A DNA stretch of 64,000 nucleotides, taken from NCBI GenBank assembly GCA_963663165.1, contig OY760175.1, positions 4,032,001 to 4,096,000 on the forward strand, in the 5' to 3' direction. Made by a program: the position numbers and the translations under genes. The stretch's first letter is position 1. Every line of letters starts with the position of its first letter. Under the pieces are notes generated by a model. It saw only the letters and a program-made list of their open reading frames with translations. It made no database searches and was not told where the DNA came from. Positions 43,374 through 52,396 of the stretch are shown piece after piece. The stretch is from an uncultured Desulfospira sp. GTDB taxonomy: Bacteria > Desulfobacterota > Desulfobacteria > Desulfobacterales > Desulfobacteraceae.

Positions 43374-44366
43374 TTATAAGGTCTCCATTGTTTCAAAGCC
43401 GTACCAGGCAGCGCCGCGAAGGGCTGCCACGGGGTCCAGAATCACGTGAACGGGCATGTTGGAACAAAGGGAAAAAAACCGGCCCTTATCGGCCACAGCC
43501 CCTAAAAAATCGGCCCGTTTCAACCGGTCCAGAATCCGGGGCGGAATGCCGCCCCCAAGATAGATCCCGCCCGTGGGAAGCAATGTCACGGCCATGTTGC
43601 TGGTAACGGTTCCCAAGGCCTTGACAAACATGTCAAGGGTGGCTTCACAGATATCGGCCTTGCCTTCAAGGGCGGTCCGGACAATCACCGGGGTCCGGTC
43701 CGAAACCCTGGCCAGCTCATTTTTAAGCCATTCCGGCTCAGGGTGAATGCCTTTTTCCAGGAAAAATTCATAAATATTGGGCAGCTGGCTGCCGGAACAG
43801 ACCCGTTCAAAACTGACATGGCCATACCGGCGGCCTAAAAATTCCATCAACTCGGTTTCCTGGGGATCACGGGGAGAAAAAGCCGTGTGCCCGCCCTCGC
43901 TGGCGCAGGCCCGGTACCGCTGCCCGGTCCATACCAGAAACGCAATCCCCAAACCCGTTCCCGGAGCAATAACCGCCCGGTTTCCCTTTGGATCGGCAGT
44001 CCCCTGGTTCAGGGTGAACAGATCATCCCCCTGCAAATGGGGAACAGAAACGGCAATGGCCTTTAAATCGTTGATCAGACTCACCTTTGGAATATCACAG
44101 ACAGTTTGAATTTCCCTGGCGCTGATCACCCAGGGAAGGTTGGTGATCTGGGCCCGGTTATCTTTGACCGGGCCGGCAACACCAAAACAGGCGGCATGGG
44201 GTTTGGCTCCGGTTTCTCGAAGAAACTCTGTAACAATGGTTTCCAGAGAATTGTATCCGGCGCTTTCATACCGGGTATGGTGGCGCCCTTTACCGGCAAC
44301 ACCGTCTTTTTCCGAATAGAGCGCCAGCACCGTTTTGGTGCCGCCGATATCGCCTGCCAGAATCAT
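43374..44366 (-). CDS. glk: Glucokinase
   Basis: LAGDIGGTKT, GVAGPV, TNLPW, LIND, PGTGLG, SEGGH, GGIYLGGGI. Confidence 0.94.
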   Translation of the reverse strand: MILAGDIGGTKTVLALYSEKDGVAGKGRHHTRYESAGYNSLETIVTEFLRETGAKPHAACFGVAGPVKDNRAQITNLPWVISAREIQTVCDIPKVSLINDLKAIAVSVPHLQGDDLFTLNQGTADPKGNRAVIAPGTGLGIAFLVWTGQRYRACASEGGHTAFSPRDPQETELMEFLGRRYGHVSFERVCSGSQLPNIYEFFLEKGIHPEPEWLKNELARVSDRTPVIVRTALEGKADICEATLDMFVKALGTVTSNMAVTLLPTGGIYLGGGIPPRILDRLKRADFLGAVADKGRFFSLCSNMPVHVILDPVAALRGAAWYGFETMETL

Positions 44367-44490
44367 TTGCCATTCTCCATAATTAAGGGGCTTTATTAGG
44401 AAGATTTTACCATCCCGGATGCCGTACCATTGAATTTTTACCAGCCGGGCAGGCCTAAAGCAAGGGGATTTTCACCTGTGGTTTGCAAAA

Positions 44491-44805
44491 TTGGCCCGTA
44501 TACCCCATGATAGTACAATGTTGGCCTGGGTATTGATGCCGGATCATGCCCACTGGCTTATTCAACTTGGGGAGAAAAAGACCCTTGACCAAATTATGAA
44601 TCCAATTAAACCATCAAGTGCCCGAATGGCCAATCTCACTCTAAAAAGGGACGGACCTCTCTGGCAGGCAGGTTACCACGACCATGCCCTAAGAAAAGAT
44701 GAAGACTTGCGCAATTTGGCAAGATATCTTGTTTCAAATCCTTTACGGGCAGGGATTACCCGACATATCCTTGATTATCCGTTTTGGAATGCGGTTTGGG
44801 TTTGA
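44491..44805 (+). mobile_element. REP-associated tyrosine transposase (IS200/Y1 HUH family), 5'-truncated remnant
   Basis: WVLMPDHAH (HUH), LWQAGYHDHALR, ARYLVSNPLRAG, DYPFW; only 104 aa with no convincing start. Confidence 0.8.
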
Positions 44806-44816
44806 AAAATATTTCC

Positions 44817-44840
44817 ATCGCGGGCATGGCCCGCTCCAAC
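44817..44840 (-). repeat. REP-like palindrome next to the transposase remnant
   Basis: Minus strand GTTGGAGCGGGCCATGCCCGCGAT, containing a GCGGGC/GCCCGC stem; 11 nt after the transposase stop. Confidence 0.65.
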
Positions 44841-44974
44841 ATTGCCCCGTGATAAAAAAACTGCTGTTTTTTCCCCTTAAAATTAGATAGAGAAAAGAAA
44901 TCGGGTTGTAAGGACGGGCCTTTATCCGGACCCCACAACAAAAACAAAGGGCAAAGGGCTTTCCAGCAAAAAAT

Positions 44975-46417
44975 ATGGCGCTTGATTACCATACCTTAAA
45001 GGCGTTAAGAAAAAACCATCCGGCATGGAAGCTGCTGGCCGCCGACCATGGCCCGCTGATTGTCTCTTTTCTTCACAAGGCCTTTATTATGCCCAATCAC
45101 CGGAGCATGAGCCGGGTGGATCTGTCCTCGGCCCTGGAAGACTTTTTGTTTGTCCTGCGGGAAACCGAAGGGAAGGATGCCTTTCCCAAAACCGCCGAAG
45201 CCTACTTAGATGACTGGGCCGCAGATGATAAAGGGTGGCTCAGAAAATTTTATCCCCCGGGTTCCGATGAGGTCCATTATGATCTCATGCCCTGGGTGGA
45301 AAAGGCGGTCACCTGGCTTGAAAGTCTGGTTTCCCGGACCTTTATCGGAACGGAATCCCGGCTCATGACCATTTTCGAACTGCTCGGCCAGATGGTCAGG
45401 GGCACCCAGGCGGATACAAAAGAAATCATCAAAAGCCTTGAAAAGCAAAAGGCGGATATTGAAGCCAAACTTGAACAGGTAAAACAGGGACGCCTGGATC
45501 TCCTGGATGACACCGCCCTCAGGGACCGGTTTCTCCAGGTCAACAAAACCGCCCGGGAGCTGTTGAGTGATTTCAGGGAGGTGGAGTACAATTTCAGGGA
45601 CTTAGACCAGAAAATCCGGGAACGGATCACCCTGTGGGAAGGCAGCAAAGGGGACCTGCTTGAGGATTTTTTCGGGGAACGGGACATGATCGCCGATTCC
45701 GACCAGGGCAAAAGCTTTACCGCCTTCTGGGACCTGCTCATGTCCCCGGCCCGGCAGGAAGAGCTGACCGAGCTGCTGTCCCGGGTGTTTGAGCTTGAAG
45801 CGGTCCAGTCCCTGTCCCCGGACCCGCGCTTAAAGCGAATCCATTACGACTGGCTCTCTGCCGGGGAACATACCCAGCGGACCGTGGCCAAGCTTTCCGG
45901 GCAGCTTCGCCGGTATCTCGATGACCAGGCCTTCCTGGAAAACAAGCGGATCATGCAGGTGATCCAGTCCATTGAGGCCCGGGGCGTAAAAATTAAGGAA
46001 GATCCGCCAGGCAATGATTTCATGGCAATTGATGAATCCGTCCCCGGGATTTCCCTTCCCATGGAGCGGCCCCTGTATACCTTCCCCATCAAGCCCGTTA
46101 TCCGGGAAACCGTTTCCTTAGGAGACGGCTCCGATATCCCTTCTGATATCCTCTATTCAGGGGTGTTTGTAGACCGGCTTAAATTAAAACGGCAAATCCG
46201 GGCTGTCCTTCAGGAAAGGGATCAGGCAAGCCTTGGGGATATCCTTGAGGGTTACCCGTTGGAAGAGGGCCTGGCCGAGCTGGTGGCCTATCTGAGCATT
46301 GCCGGGGAGGATGAAAAGGCGGTCTTTGACGATAATGAAACCCAGCAGGCCTTCTGGACCGACGACTGGGGGGTCACCCGGCGGGCACAATTTTGCAAGG
46401 TAATTTTTAACCGGTAG
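44975..46417 (+). CDS. jetA: Wadjet anti-plasmid system JetA (DUF3375 family)
   Basis: LRKNHPAWKLL, GTESRL, SDQGKSFTAFW, GLAELVAYL motifs; first gene of an SMC-like operon. Confidence 0.88.
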   Translation: MALDYHTLKALRKNHPAWKLLAADHGPLIVSFLHKAFIMPNHRSMSRVDLSSALEDFLFVLRETEGKDAFPKTAEAYLDDWAADDKGWLRKFYPPGSDEVHYDLMPWVEKAVTWLESLVSRTFIGTESRLMTIFELLGQMVRGTQADTKEIIKSLEKQKADIEAKLEQVKQGRLDLLDDTALRDRFLQVNKTARELLSDFREVEYNFRDLDQKIRERITLWEGSKGDLLEDFFGERDMIADSDQGKSFTAFWDLLMSPARQEELTELLSRVFELEAVQSLSPDPRLKRIHYDWLSAGEHTQRTVAKLSGQLRRYLDDQAFLENKRIMQVIQSIEARGVKIKEDPPGNDFMAIDESVPGISLPMERPLYTFPIKPVIRETVSLGDGSDIPSDILYSGVFVDRLKLKRQIRAVLQERDQASLGDILEGYPLEEGLAELVAYLSIAGEDEKAVFDDNETQQAFWTDDWGVTRRAQFCKVIFNR

Positions 46418-46423
46418 GAATAT

Positions 46424-47023
46424 ATGGAAGAGATCAATCCTTACCCTGTCAATATCAGCAAACCCCTCATTGCCCTGATGAAGGGGGTGGTGTTCCGGGA
46501 AACGGACGAGGCCTTGTGGCAGGACCTGGAAGACGGACAGATGGCCCTGCGGGAGTATGTCCGGGTGCTGGGCCTAGAGCTTGTGCTGGACGAATCCGAA
46601 GGGTATGCCTGGCTGAAAACCCTGGAGCCTGAAGAAGGGCAGGAGCCGCTGCCAAAGCTTGTGGGCAGACGAAAGCTGTCTTACCCCGTAAGCCTGATCA
46701 TTGCCCTGCTGCGCAAAAAACTGGCGGAAAACGATGCTGCCGGAGAAGATCCCAGGTTGATTCTTTCCGTGGATGAGATCACGGACATGGTCCGGATCTT
46801 TTTTCCTTCAGGCAGCAATGAGGCAAGGTTTCTGGACCGCATTGAAGCCCACTTGAATAAAATTGCAGAACTCGGGTTTATCCGCCGCCTTAAAGGCCAC
46901 AAGGACAAAATCGAGGTGGTCCGCATCATCAAAGCCTTTGTGGACGCCCAGTGGCTCCATGAGTTTGATGAAAGGCTAAAAGAATATCAGGAAAAAGACG
47001 GTTTAAAAGAGGACATTTCATGA
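46424..47023 (+). CDS. jetB: Wadjet JetB (DUF4194 family)
   Basis: LGLELVLDESEGYA, RRKLSYPVSLIIALLRKKL, IIKAFVDAQWL. Confidence 0.88.
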   Translation: MEEINPYPVNISKPLIALMKGVVFRETDEALWQDLEDGQMALREYVRVLGLELVLDESEGYAWLKTLEPEEGQEPLPKLVGRRKLSYPVSLIIALLRKKLAENDAAGEDPRLILSVDEITDMVRIFFPSGSNEARFLDRIEAHLNKIAELGFIRRLKGHKDKIEVVRIIKAFVDAQWLHEFDERLKEYQEKDGLKEDIS

Positions 47024-50000
47024 AACCGGACCAGATGGAACAAGGACTGCTGGAGTTTGTTCAAAGCGATGATCTGGCCGGGTTCCGCCTGGACGCCCTG
47101 GAGGTGTATAACTGGGGCACCTTCCATAAAAAGGTCTGGCGGTTGGACCTTAACGGCAAAAACGGCCTGCTCACCGGCGATATCGGATCGGGGAAATCCA
47201 CCCTGGTGGATGCGGTGACCACCCTGCTGGTCCCGGCCCAGCGGATTGCCTACAACAAGGCGGCCGGCGCGGATACCAGAGAGCGCAGCCTGCGCTCCTA
47301 TGTCCAGGGGTATTACAAGTCCGAGCGAAGCGACATGGGACATGCTTCAAAATCCGTGGCCCTAAGGGACCACAACAGTTTTTCCGTAATCCTGGGGGTA
47401 TTTAAAAACCAGGGGTTTGTTCAGGAGATAACCTTAGCCCAGGTGTTCTGGACAAAGGAGATAAAGGGCCAGCCCGACCGGTTTTATATCGTGGCGGACA
47501 AACGGCTGTCCATCACCGGGGATTTCAGTGATTTCGGGCCGGATATCAGCCGGTTGAAAAAACGGTTGAAAGACCAGGCCCAGGTATCCGTCTTTGAGGC
47601 CTTTCCCAAATACGGGGCCGCTTTCAGGCGCAGGTTCGGCATTGAAAACGAGCAGGCCCTGGCCTTATTTCACCAGACGGTTTCCATGAAATCTGTGGGC
47701 AATCTAACGGATTTTGTCCGGCAGCACATGCTCGAACCCTTTGACACGGCCCCCCGCATTGAGGCCCTGATCCACCACTTTGACGACCTGAACCGGGCCC
47801 ATGAGGCCGTGTTAAAGGCCAAGCACCAGATTGAACGGCTCACCCCCCTGGTCAAGGACTGCCAGACCCATCAGGACGTACTGAATGAGCAGGGGCTGCT
47901 GCGGGAGTGCCGGCAGGCCTTAGCCCCCTTCTTTGCCACCCATAAATGGGGGCTGTTCCAAAAGCGCTTGAAGCACCTGGCCCAGGAGCAGGAACGCCTG
48001 GAAACAAAAATTGAGGCCCTGGACCAGAACCTCCGGGAAGGCTTGGGGGAACGGGACGGATTAAAGCAGGCCATAGCCGAAAACGGGGGCGACCGGCTTG
48101 AACGGATCCGGGCCGATCTGGACCGCCTGAATTTAGAAAAAAAAGATAAAAAAGAGCGGGCCCACCGGTATGACGCCCTGGCCCGGGATCTTTCCCTGAC
48201 CCCGGTGGAAACCCCGGACGATTTTCACGGCAATGCCCAAGCGATAAAAAAGGCCCGAACAGACCTGGAACAAAAAGAGGCGGATTTAAGAAATGAGCGG
48301 ACCGATACTGAGGTTGAGTTCAGGAAGCTGAAATCCGCCCATCAGGAACTTGAGACAGAACTCAAGTCCCTGTCTGGCCGAAAGAGCAATATCCATGTTA
48401 AGCAGATTGAGATCCGAAAGCGCCTTTGCGCCCACCTGGGCGTGGCCGAAAAACAGCTGCCCTTTGCCGGAGAGCTGATCCGGGTCAGAGAAGATCAAGG
48501 CGACTGGGAAGGGGCGGCTGAACGGCTCCTTCACAATTTCGGCCTCTCTTTGCTGGTAACAGACACCCTTTACAAGGAAGTGGCGGCATGGGTGGATGCC
48601 ACGGCGCTTAACGGCCGGCTGGTTTATTATCTGGTCCGGACAGACATCAAAGATGCGGAGATTCACCTTCACCCCGACTCCCTTTTAAACAAACTGGACC
48701 TTCACCATAAATCTGATTTTTATCAGTGGGTGGAACGCGAACTTGCCCGGCGGTTTAACTATGCCTGCTGTGAAGGTATGGAACAGTTTCGCAAAGAGCC
48801 CATGGCCGTTACCCGGGCAGGCCAGATCAAAACCGGCGGCATCCGCCATGAAAAAGATGACCGCAAAGACATAAAAGACCGGTCCCAGTATATCCTGGGC
48901 TGGACCAATGAGGCCAAGATCCGGACCTTAAAACAGCAGTGCCGGGTTCTGGAAACACAGATGCAGGAGGCTGCCGGTAAAATCACGGCCCTGGACACCC
49001 GGCACAACACCATAAGGGAACACTTGTCCAACCTGATCCGGCTTGGCGAGTACCGCTCTTTTTCCGACCTGGACTGGCAGTCGGTTTCCGTGACCATTTC
49101 CCGGCTGGAGCAGGAGAAAACAGAACTTGAAGCCGCCTCCAATATCCTTTCGGCCCTGAACCGGCAGCTGGAGGCCCTGGAAAAAAGAATCAAAGAAACG
49201 GAACAGGAACAAAGAGATGTCCGGGATCAGCTGTCCAGAAACCGGGAAAAACAGGACCAGGCCCGTTCAGGAAAAAAAATCTGCGAATCGGATATGAAGC
49301 CTGCCCAGGATATGGATACTGACAAACGGCAGTTCTTGTTCAAAGAGCTGGACACCCTGCGCCATAAGGAGTTCGGTTCCCATGTTCTCACGGTTGAATC
49401 CTGCGCCAACCGGGAAAAAGAGTTGCGCGATCTTATCCAGGGGCAGATTGACAGCCTGGACAAACGGATCCGCCGGCTGGAAGAGCGGATCATCAAAACC
49501 ATGAACGGGTTTCGCCGGGACTTTCCCTCTGAAACCATGGAAATAGACGATGCCGTGGCCTCAGGCCCTGAGTATGCGGCCATGCTCGATCAACTGACCT
49601 GCGACAACCTGCCCCGGTTCGAGTCCCGGTTCAAGGAACTGCTCAACGAAAACACCATCCGGGAGGTGGCCAATTTCCAGTCCCAGCTGTCCCGGGAACG
49701 GGAAACCATCAAAGAACGGATTGACCGGATCAACCAGTCCCTGTCCGATATTGAATATAACCCGGGCCGGTATATCCTGCTCGAAGCCCAGCTCAACCCG
49801 GATGTGGATATCAGGGATTTCCAGCAGCAGCTCAAGGCCTGCACCGAAGGGGCCTTAACCGGTTCGGACGAAGATCATTACTCTGAAGGCAAGTTCCTCC
49901 AGGTCCGGACCCTGATCCAGCGGTTTAAAGGCAGAGACGGCACCAGCGAATTGGACCGGCGCTGGACCCGAAAGGTCACCGATGTCCGCAACTGGTTCGT

Positions 50001-50412
50001 GTTTGCGGCCTCGGAACGCTGGTGCGAAGACCAGACCGAATATGAACATTATGCCGATTCCGGCGGAAAATCCGGGGGACAAAAAGAAAAACTGGCCTAT
50101 ACCGTGCTGGCGGCCAGCCTGGCCTACCAGTTCGGCCTGGAATGGCACAATGTCCGCTCCCGGACCTTCCGGTTTGTGGCCATTGACGAAGCCTTTGGCC
50201 GGGGATCCGACGATTCCACCCGGTACAGCCTGGAATTGTTCAAAAAGCTGAACCTTCAGCTGCTCATCGTCACACCGTTACAGAAAATCCACATCATTGA
50301 GCCCTATGTGGCCAGCGTGGGCCTGGTCTACAGCCGGGACGGACAGACCGCAAGACTGCGGAACATGAGCGTGGAGGAATATCGGGAATCCAAAGAGCAA
50401 AACAGCCCATAA
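47020..50412 (+). CDS. jetC: Wadjet JetC, SMC/MukB-like ATPase
   Basis: YNWGTF, Walker A GDIGSGKST, long coiled coils, signature SGGQK, Walker B AIDEAF. Confidence 0.92.
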   Translation: MKPDQMEQGLLEFVQSDDLAGFRLDALEVYNWGTFHKKVWRLDLNGKNGLLTGDIGSGKSTLVDAVTTLLVPAQRIAYNKAAGADTRERSLRSYVQGYYKSERSDMGHASKSVALRDHNSFSVILGVFKNQGFVQEITLAQVFWTKEIKGQPDRFYIVADKRLSITGDFSDFGPDISRLKKRLKDQAQVSVFEAFPKYGAAFRRRFGIENEQALALFHQTVSMKSVGNLTDFVRQHMLEPFDTAPRIEALIHHFDDLNRAHEAVLKAKHQIERLTPLVKDCQTHQDVLNEQGLLRECRQALAPFFATHKWGLFQKRLKHLAQEQERLETKIEALDQNLREGLGERDGLKQAIAENGGDRLERIRADLDRLNLEKKDKKERAHRYDALARDLSLTPVETPDDFHGNAQAIKKARTDLEQKEADLRNERTDTEVEFRKLKSAHQELETELKSLSGRKSNIHVKQIEIRKRLCAHLGVAEKQLPFAGELIRVREDQGDWEGAAERLLHNFGLSLLVTDTLYKEVAAWVDATALNGRLVYYLVRTDIKDAEIHLHPDSLLNKLDLHHKSDFYQWVERELARRFNYACCEGMEQFRKEPMAVTRAGQIKTGGIRHEKDDRKDIKDRSQYILGWTNEAKIRTLKQQCRVLETQMQEAAGKITALDTRHNTIREHLSNLIRLGEYRSFSDLDWQSVSVTISRLEQEKTELEAASNILSALNRQLEALEKRIKETEQEQRDVRDQLSRNREKQDQARSGKKICESDMKPAQDMDTDKRQFLFKELDTLRHKEFGSHVLTVESCANREKELRDLIQGQIDSLDKRIRRLEERIIKTMNGFRRDFPSETMEIDDAVASGPEYAAMLDQLTCDNLPRFESRFKELLNENTIREVANFQSQLSRERETIKERIDRINQSLSDIEYNPGRYILLEAQLNPDVDIRDFQQQLKACTEGALTGSDEDHYSEGKFLQVRTLIQRFKGRDGTSELDRRWTRKVTDVRNWFVFAASERWCEDQTEYEHYADSGGKSGGQKEKLAYTVLAASLAYQFGLEWHNVRSRTFRFVAIDEAFGRGSDDSTRYSLELFKKLNLQLLIVTPLQKIHIIEPYVASVGLVYSRDGQTARLRNMSVEEYRESKEQNSP

Positions 50413-50493
50413 CGCTATAGAATTTCCCGAAAAACAGCCTGGAATCTATAACCGATACCCCCCCCGGGGGGCCTTACACCCCGGCGGTGGTAT

Positions 50494-51000
50494 TTAGTAT
50501 ATATTCAGCTCTTTTAAAATATCTAAAACCCCCGAACCCACCATTTTCTTTCGCAAGAACTCGCCAATGGTCGGCTGCACCGGGCGGACCATGAGCGTCA
50601 TGCCGGCCTCGTTAGGGGTTCTGGCCCCCTTTTTGCAATTACAGGTTTTACAGGCAGCCACACAGTTTTCAAAACCGGTATCCCCATTCCGGGACCGGGG
50701 AATGATGTGATCAATGGTCAAGGCCCTTGTTTTAGTCCCACAGTACGCACACCGGCCATTTTCACGGACAATCAGATTCTGTTTTGAAAACGGAACCTTG
50801 CCCCTGAAAATAATCCGTATCAGCTTTACCAGGGCAACCACCGACGGGATTCGAAGGACCTGATTTTGACCATACCGCACCACCTTGTCAGACGCTTTAA
50901 CCACCCGTACTTTTTGAGCCAGCATGAGCTTAATCGCACGTTTCCAGGAAATGGTGTTGAGATACGAAAAATCTGCGTTAAGCACAATACATCCGTCCAT
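50494..51000 (-). CDS. HNH endonuclease (McrA-like, 'VLNA' N-terminal type)
   Basis: CAYCG...TIDHIIPRSRNG....NCVAACKTCNCKKG; GGGAGG RBS. Confidence 0.92.
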   Translation of the reverse strand: MDGCIVLNADFSYLNTISWKRAIKLMLAQKVRVVKASDKVVRYGQNQVLRIPSVVALVKLIRIIFRGKVPFSKQNLIVRENGRCAYCGTKTRALTIDHIIPRSRNGDTGFENCVAACKTCNCKKGARTPNEAGMTLMVRPVQPTIGEFLRKKMVGSGVLDILKELNIY

Positions 51001-51082
51001 CGCACAACCTCCCTTCTAGTTTGCATATCAAAGTAATACACAGGTTAATTGTTTAGCGCTCTGCTCGTGGAAAAAAGTGGGC

Positions 51083-51109
51083 CAAATGTATATAATTTTG
51101 ATACATTTG
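51083..51109. promoter_or_regulatory. Palindromic operator-like site in the HNH/jetD divergent spacer
   Basis: caaatgtat-N9-atacatttg, perfect 9-bp arms; overlaps TTGACA at 51107-51112. Confidence 0.5.
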
Positions 51110-51175
51110 ACAAGCTGAAGGTGAAGTCAATACAAAACATGAGCCCGGACGAACAAAAAGAGAAGAAAAACCGTC

Positions 51176-52375
51176 ATGAAACCCTGGACCCGGAACAGTG
51201 ATATCAAGCAAAAACTTACCCAAAAATGGAACAAAGGGACGTTCCTTGCAATGGCTGCCGACACCAGCGCCTTTGAACCCTTGCGGATTCCATTGAAACG
51301 GCCCAATGCCGGGGAGCTGAGTTCGGAATTTGAGGCGGCCCGGGACTGGGTGGCGCATCTGGTCCGCCATGAGGCCGGGGAGAAGACCGCCGGGTTTTCC
51401 ATTGAGTGGCAGGAGATGAACCACCGGGTCCTGGGCAAAAATAAAATTCCCAGGGCCGTGGTGTTCCATACCCTTGAGGATATTGTTGCTTATCTTGGGA
51501 AAAAGGAAGAGTCCCGGCGGTTTAAAGCCTTATTCCATGAGATCACGGGCCGGTTTCCCGAACTTTACGCCCCCCTGTTGAAAAATCCCCTGCTGGTTCT
51601 TGACCACGAACCGGTATGGGACCAGCTGCTGGCGGTGGTCTCCTGGATAAAAGCCCACCCGGCGCCAGGCATCTATCTTCGGCAGCTGGAGATCCCCGGG
51701 ATCGACACCAAATTCATGGAAACCCACCGGGACATCTTAACCCGGCTGCTGACCGCCGTGCTAGAGGCCGAAACCGTTAATCCCGATGCCAAAGGAAAGA
51801 ATGCCTTTGAATGCCGGTTTGGATTCCGCCCCAAGCCGGCCCGGATCCGTTTTCGCATCCTTGATCCGGCCCTGTCCATCATGGGGCTGACCGACCTTGA
51901 GGTGCCCGAAGAGCAGTTCCGGGACCTTGGCGTAAAACCGGACACCCTGTTTGTGGTGGAGAACGAAATCACCGGCCTTTCCTTTCCTTCCTTTCCAAAG
52001 GCAATGGTAATCATCGGCCTGGGATACGGGCTGTCCCCTTTGGCCCATATCCCCTGGATAAAAGAGCTGCCCATCTGGTACTGGGGAGACCTGGACACCC
52101 ACGGGTTTGCCATGCTGGACCAGATCCGGCATTATTTCCCCGAGACCCGCTCCTTTCTCATGGATGAGACCACCCTGCTGTCCCATAAGGCGTTCTGGGG
52201 AACTGAGCCTTCACCGGCAAGCCGGGATCTGCCGTTGTTAACGGATGATGAGGCAGCCGTTTATCAGGCCCTGCGTGAGAATACCCACGCTCAAAACCTT
52301 AGGCTGGAGCAGGAACGCATCTCATATTCCCTTGTGCTTGATTTTATCCGGAAAATTGAACCGGGCAGGACTTGA
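51176..52375 (+). CDS. jetD: Wadjet JetD, Toprim nuclease (DUF3322 + DUF2220)
   Basis: YLRQLEIPGIDTKF, VENE, YWGDLDTHGF, RLEQE motifs. Confidence 0.9.
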   Translation: MKPWTRNSDIKQKLTQKWNKGTFLAMAADTSAFEPLRIPLKRPNAGELSSEFEAARDWVAHLVRHEAGEKTAGFSIEWQEMNHRVLGKNKIPRAVVFHTLEDIVAYLGKKEESRRFKALFHEITGRFPELYAPLLKNPLLVLDHEPVWDQLLAVVSWIKAHPAPGIYLRQLEIPGIDTKFMETHRDILTRLLTAVLEAETVNPDAKGKNAFECRFGFRPKPARIRFRILDPALSIMGLTDLEVPEEQFRDLGVKPDTLFVVENEITGLSFPSFPKAMVIIGLGYGLSPLAHIPWIKELPIWYWGDLDTHGFAMLDQIRHYFPETRSFLMDETTLLSHKAFWGTEPSPASRDLPLLTDDEAAVYQALRENTHAQNLRLEQERISYSLVLDFIRKIEPGRT

Positions 52376-52396
52376 GTCTGACTGGCCCCCATATTC

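Noticed and set aside
50456..50493. C-run/G-run after the HNH stop as a phase-variation tract
   Set aside because: It is non-coding, lies between convergent genes, and is better explained as an imperfect terminator hairpin.
50494..51000. HNH gene as an IscB/Cas9-like RNA-guided nuclease or intron-encoded protein
   Set aside because: It is only 168 aa with no RuvC motifs or PLMP N-terminus, and I could not recognise a long structured RNA or intron core in the short flanks.
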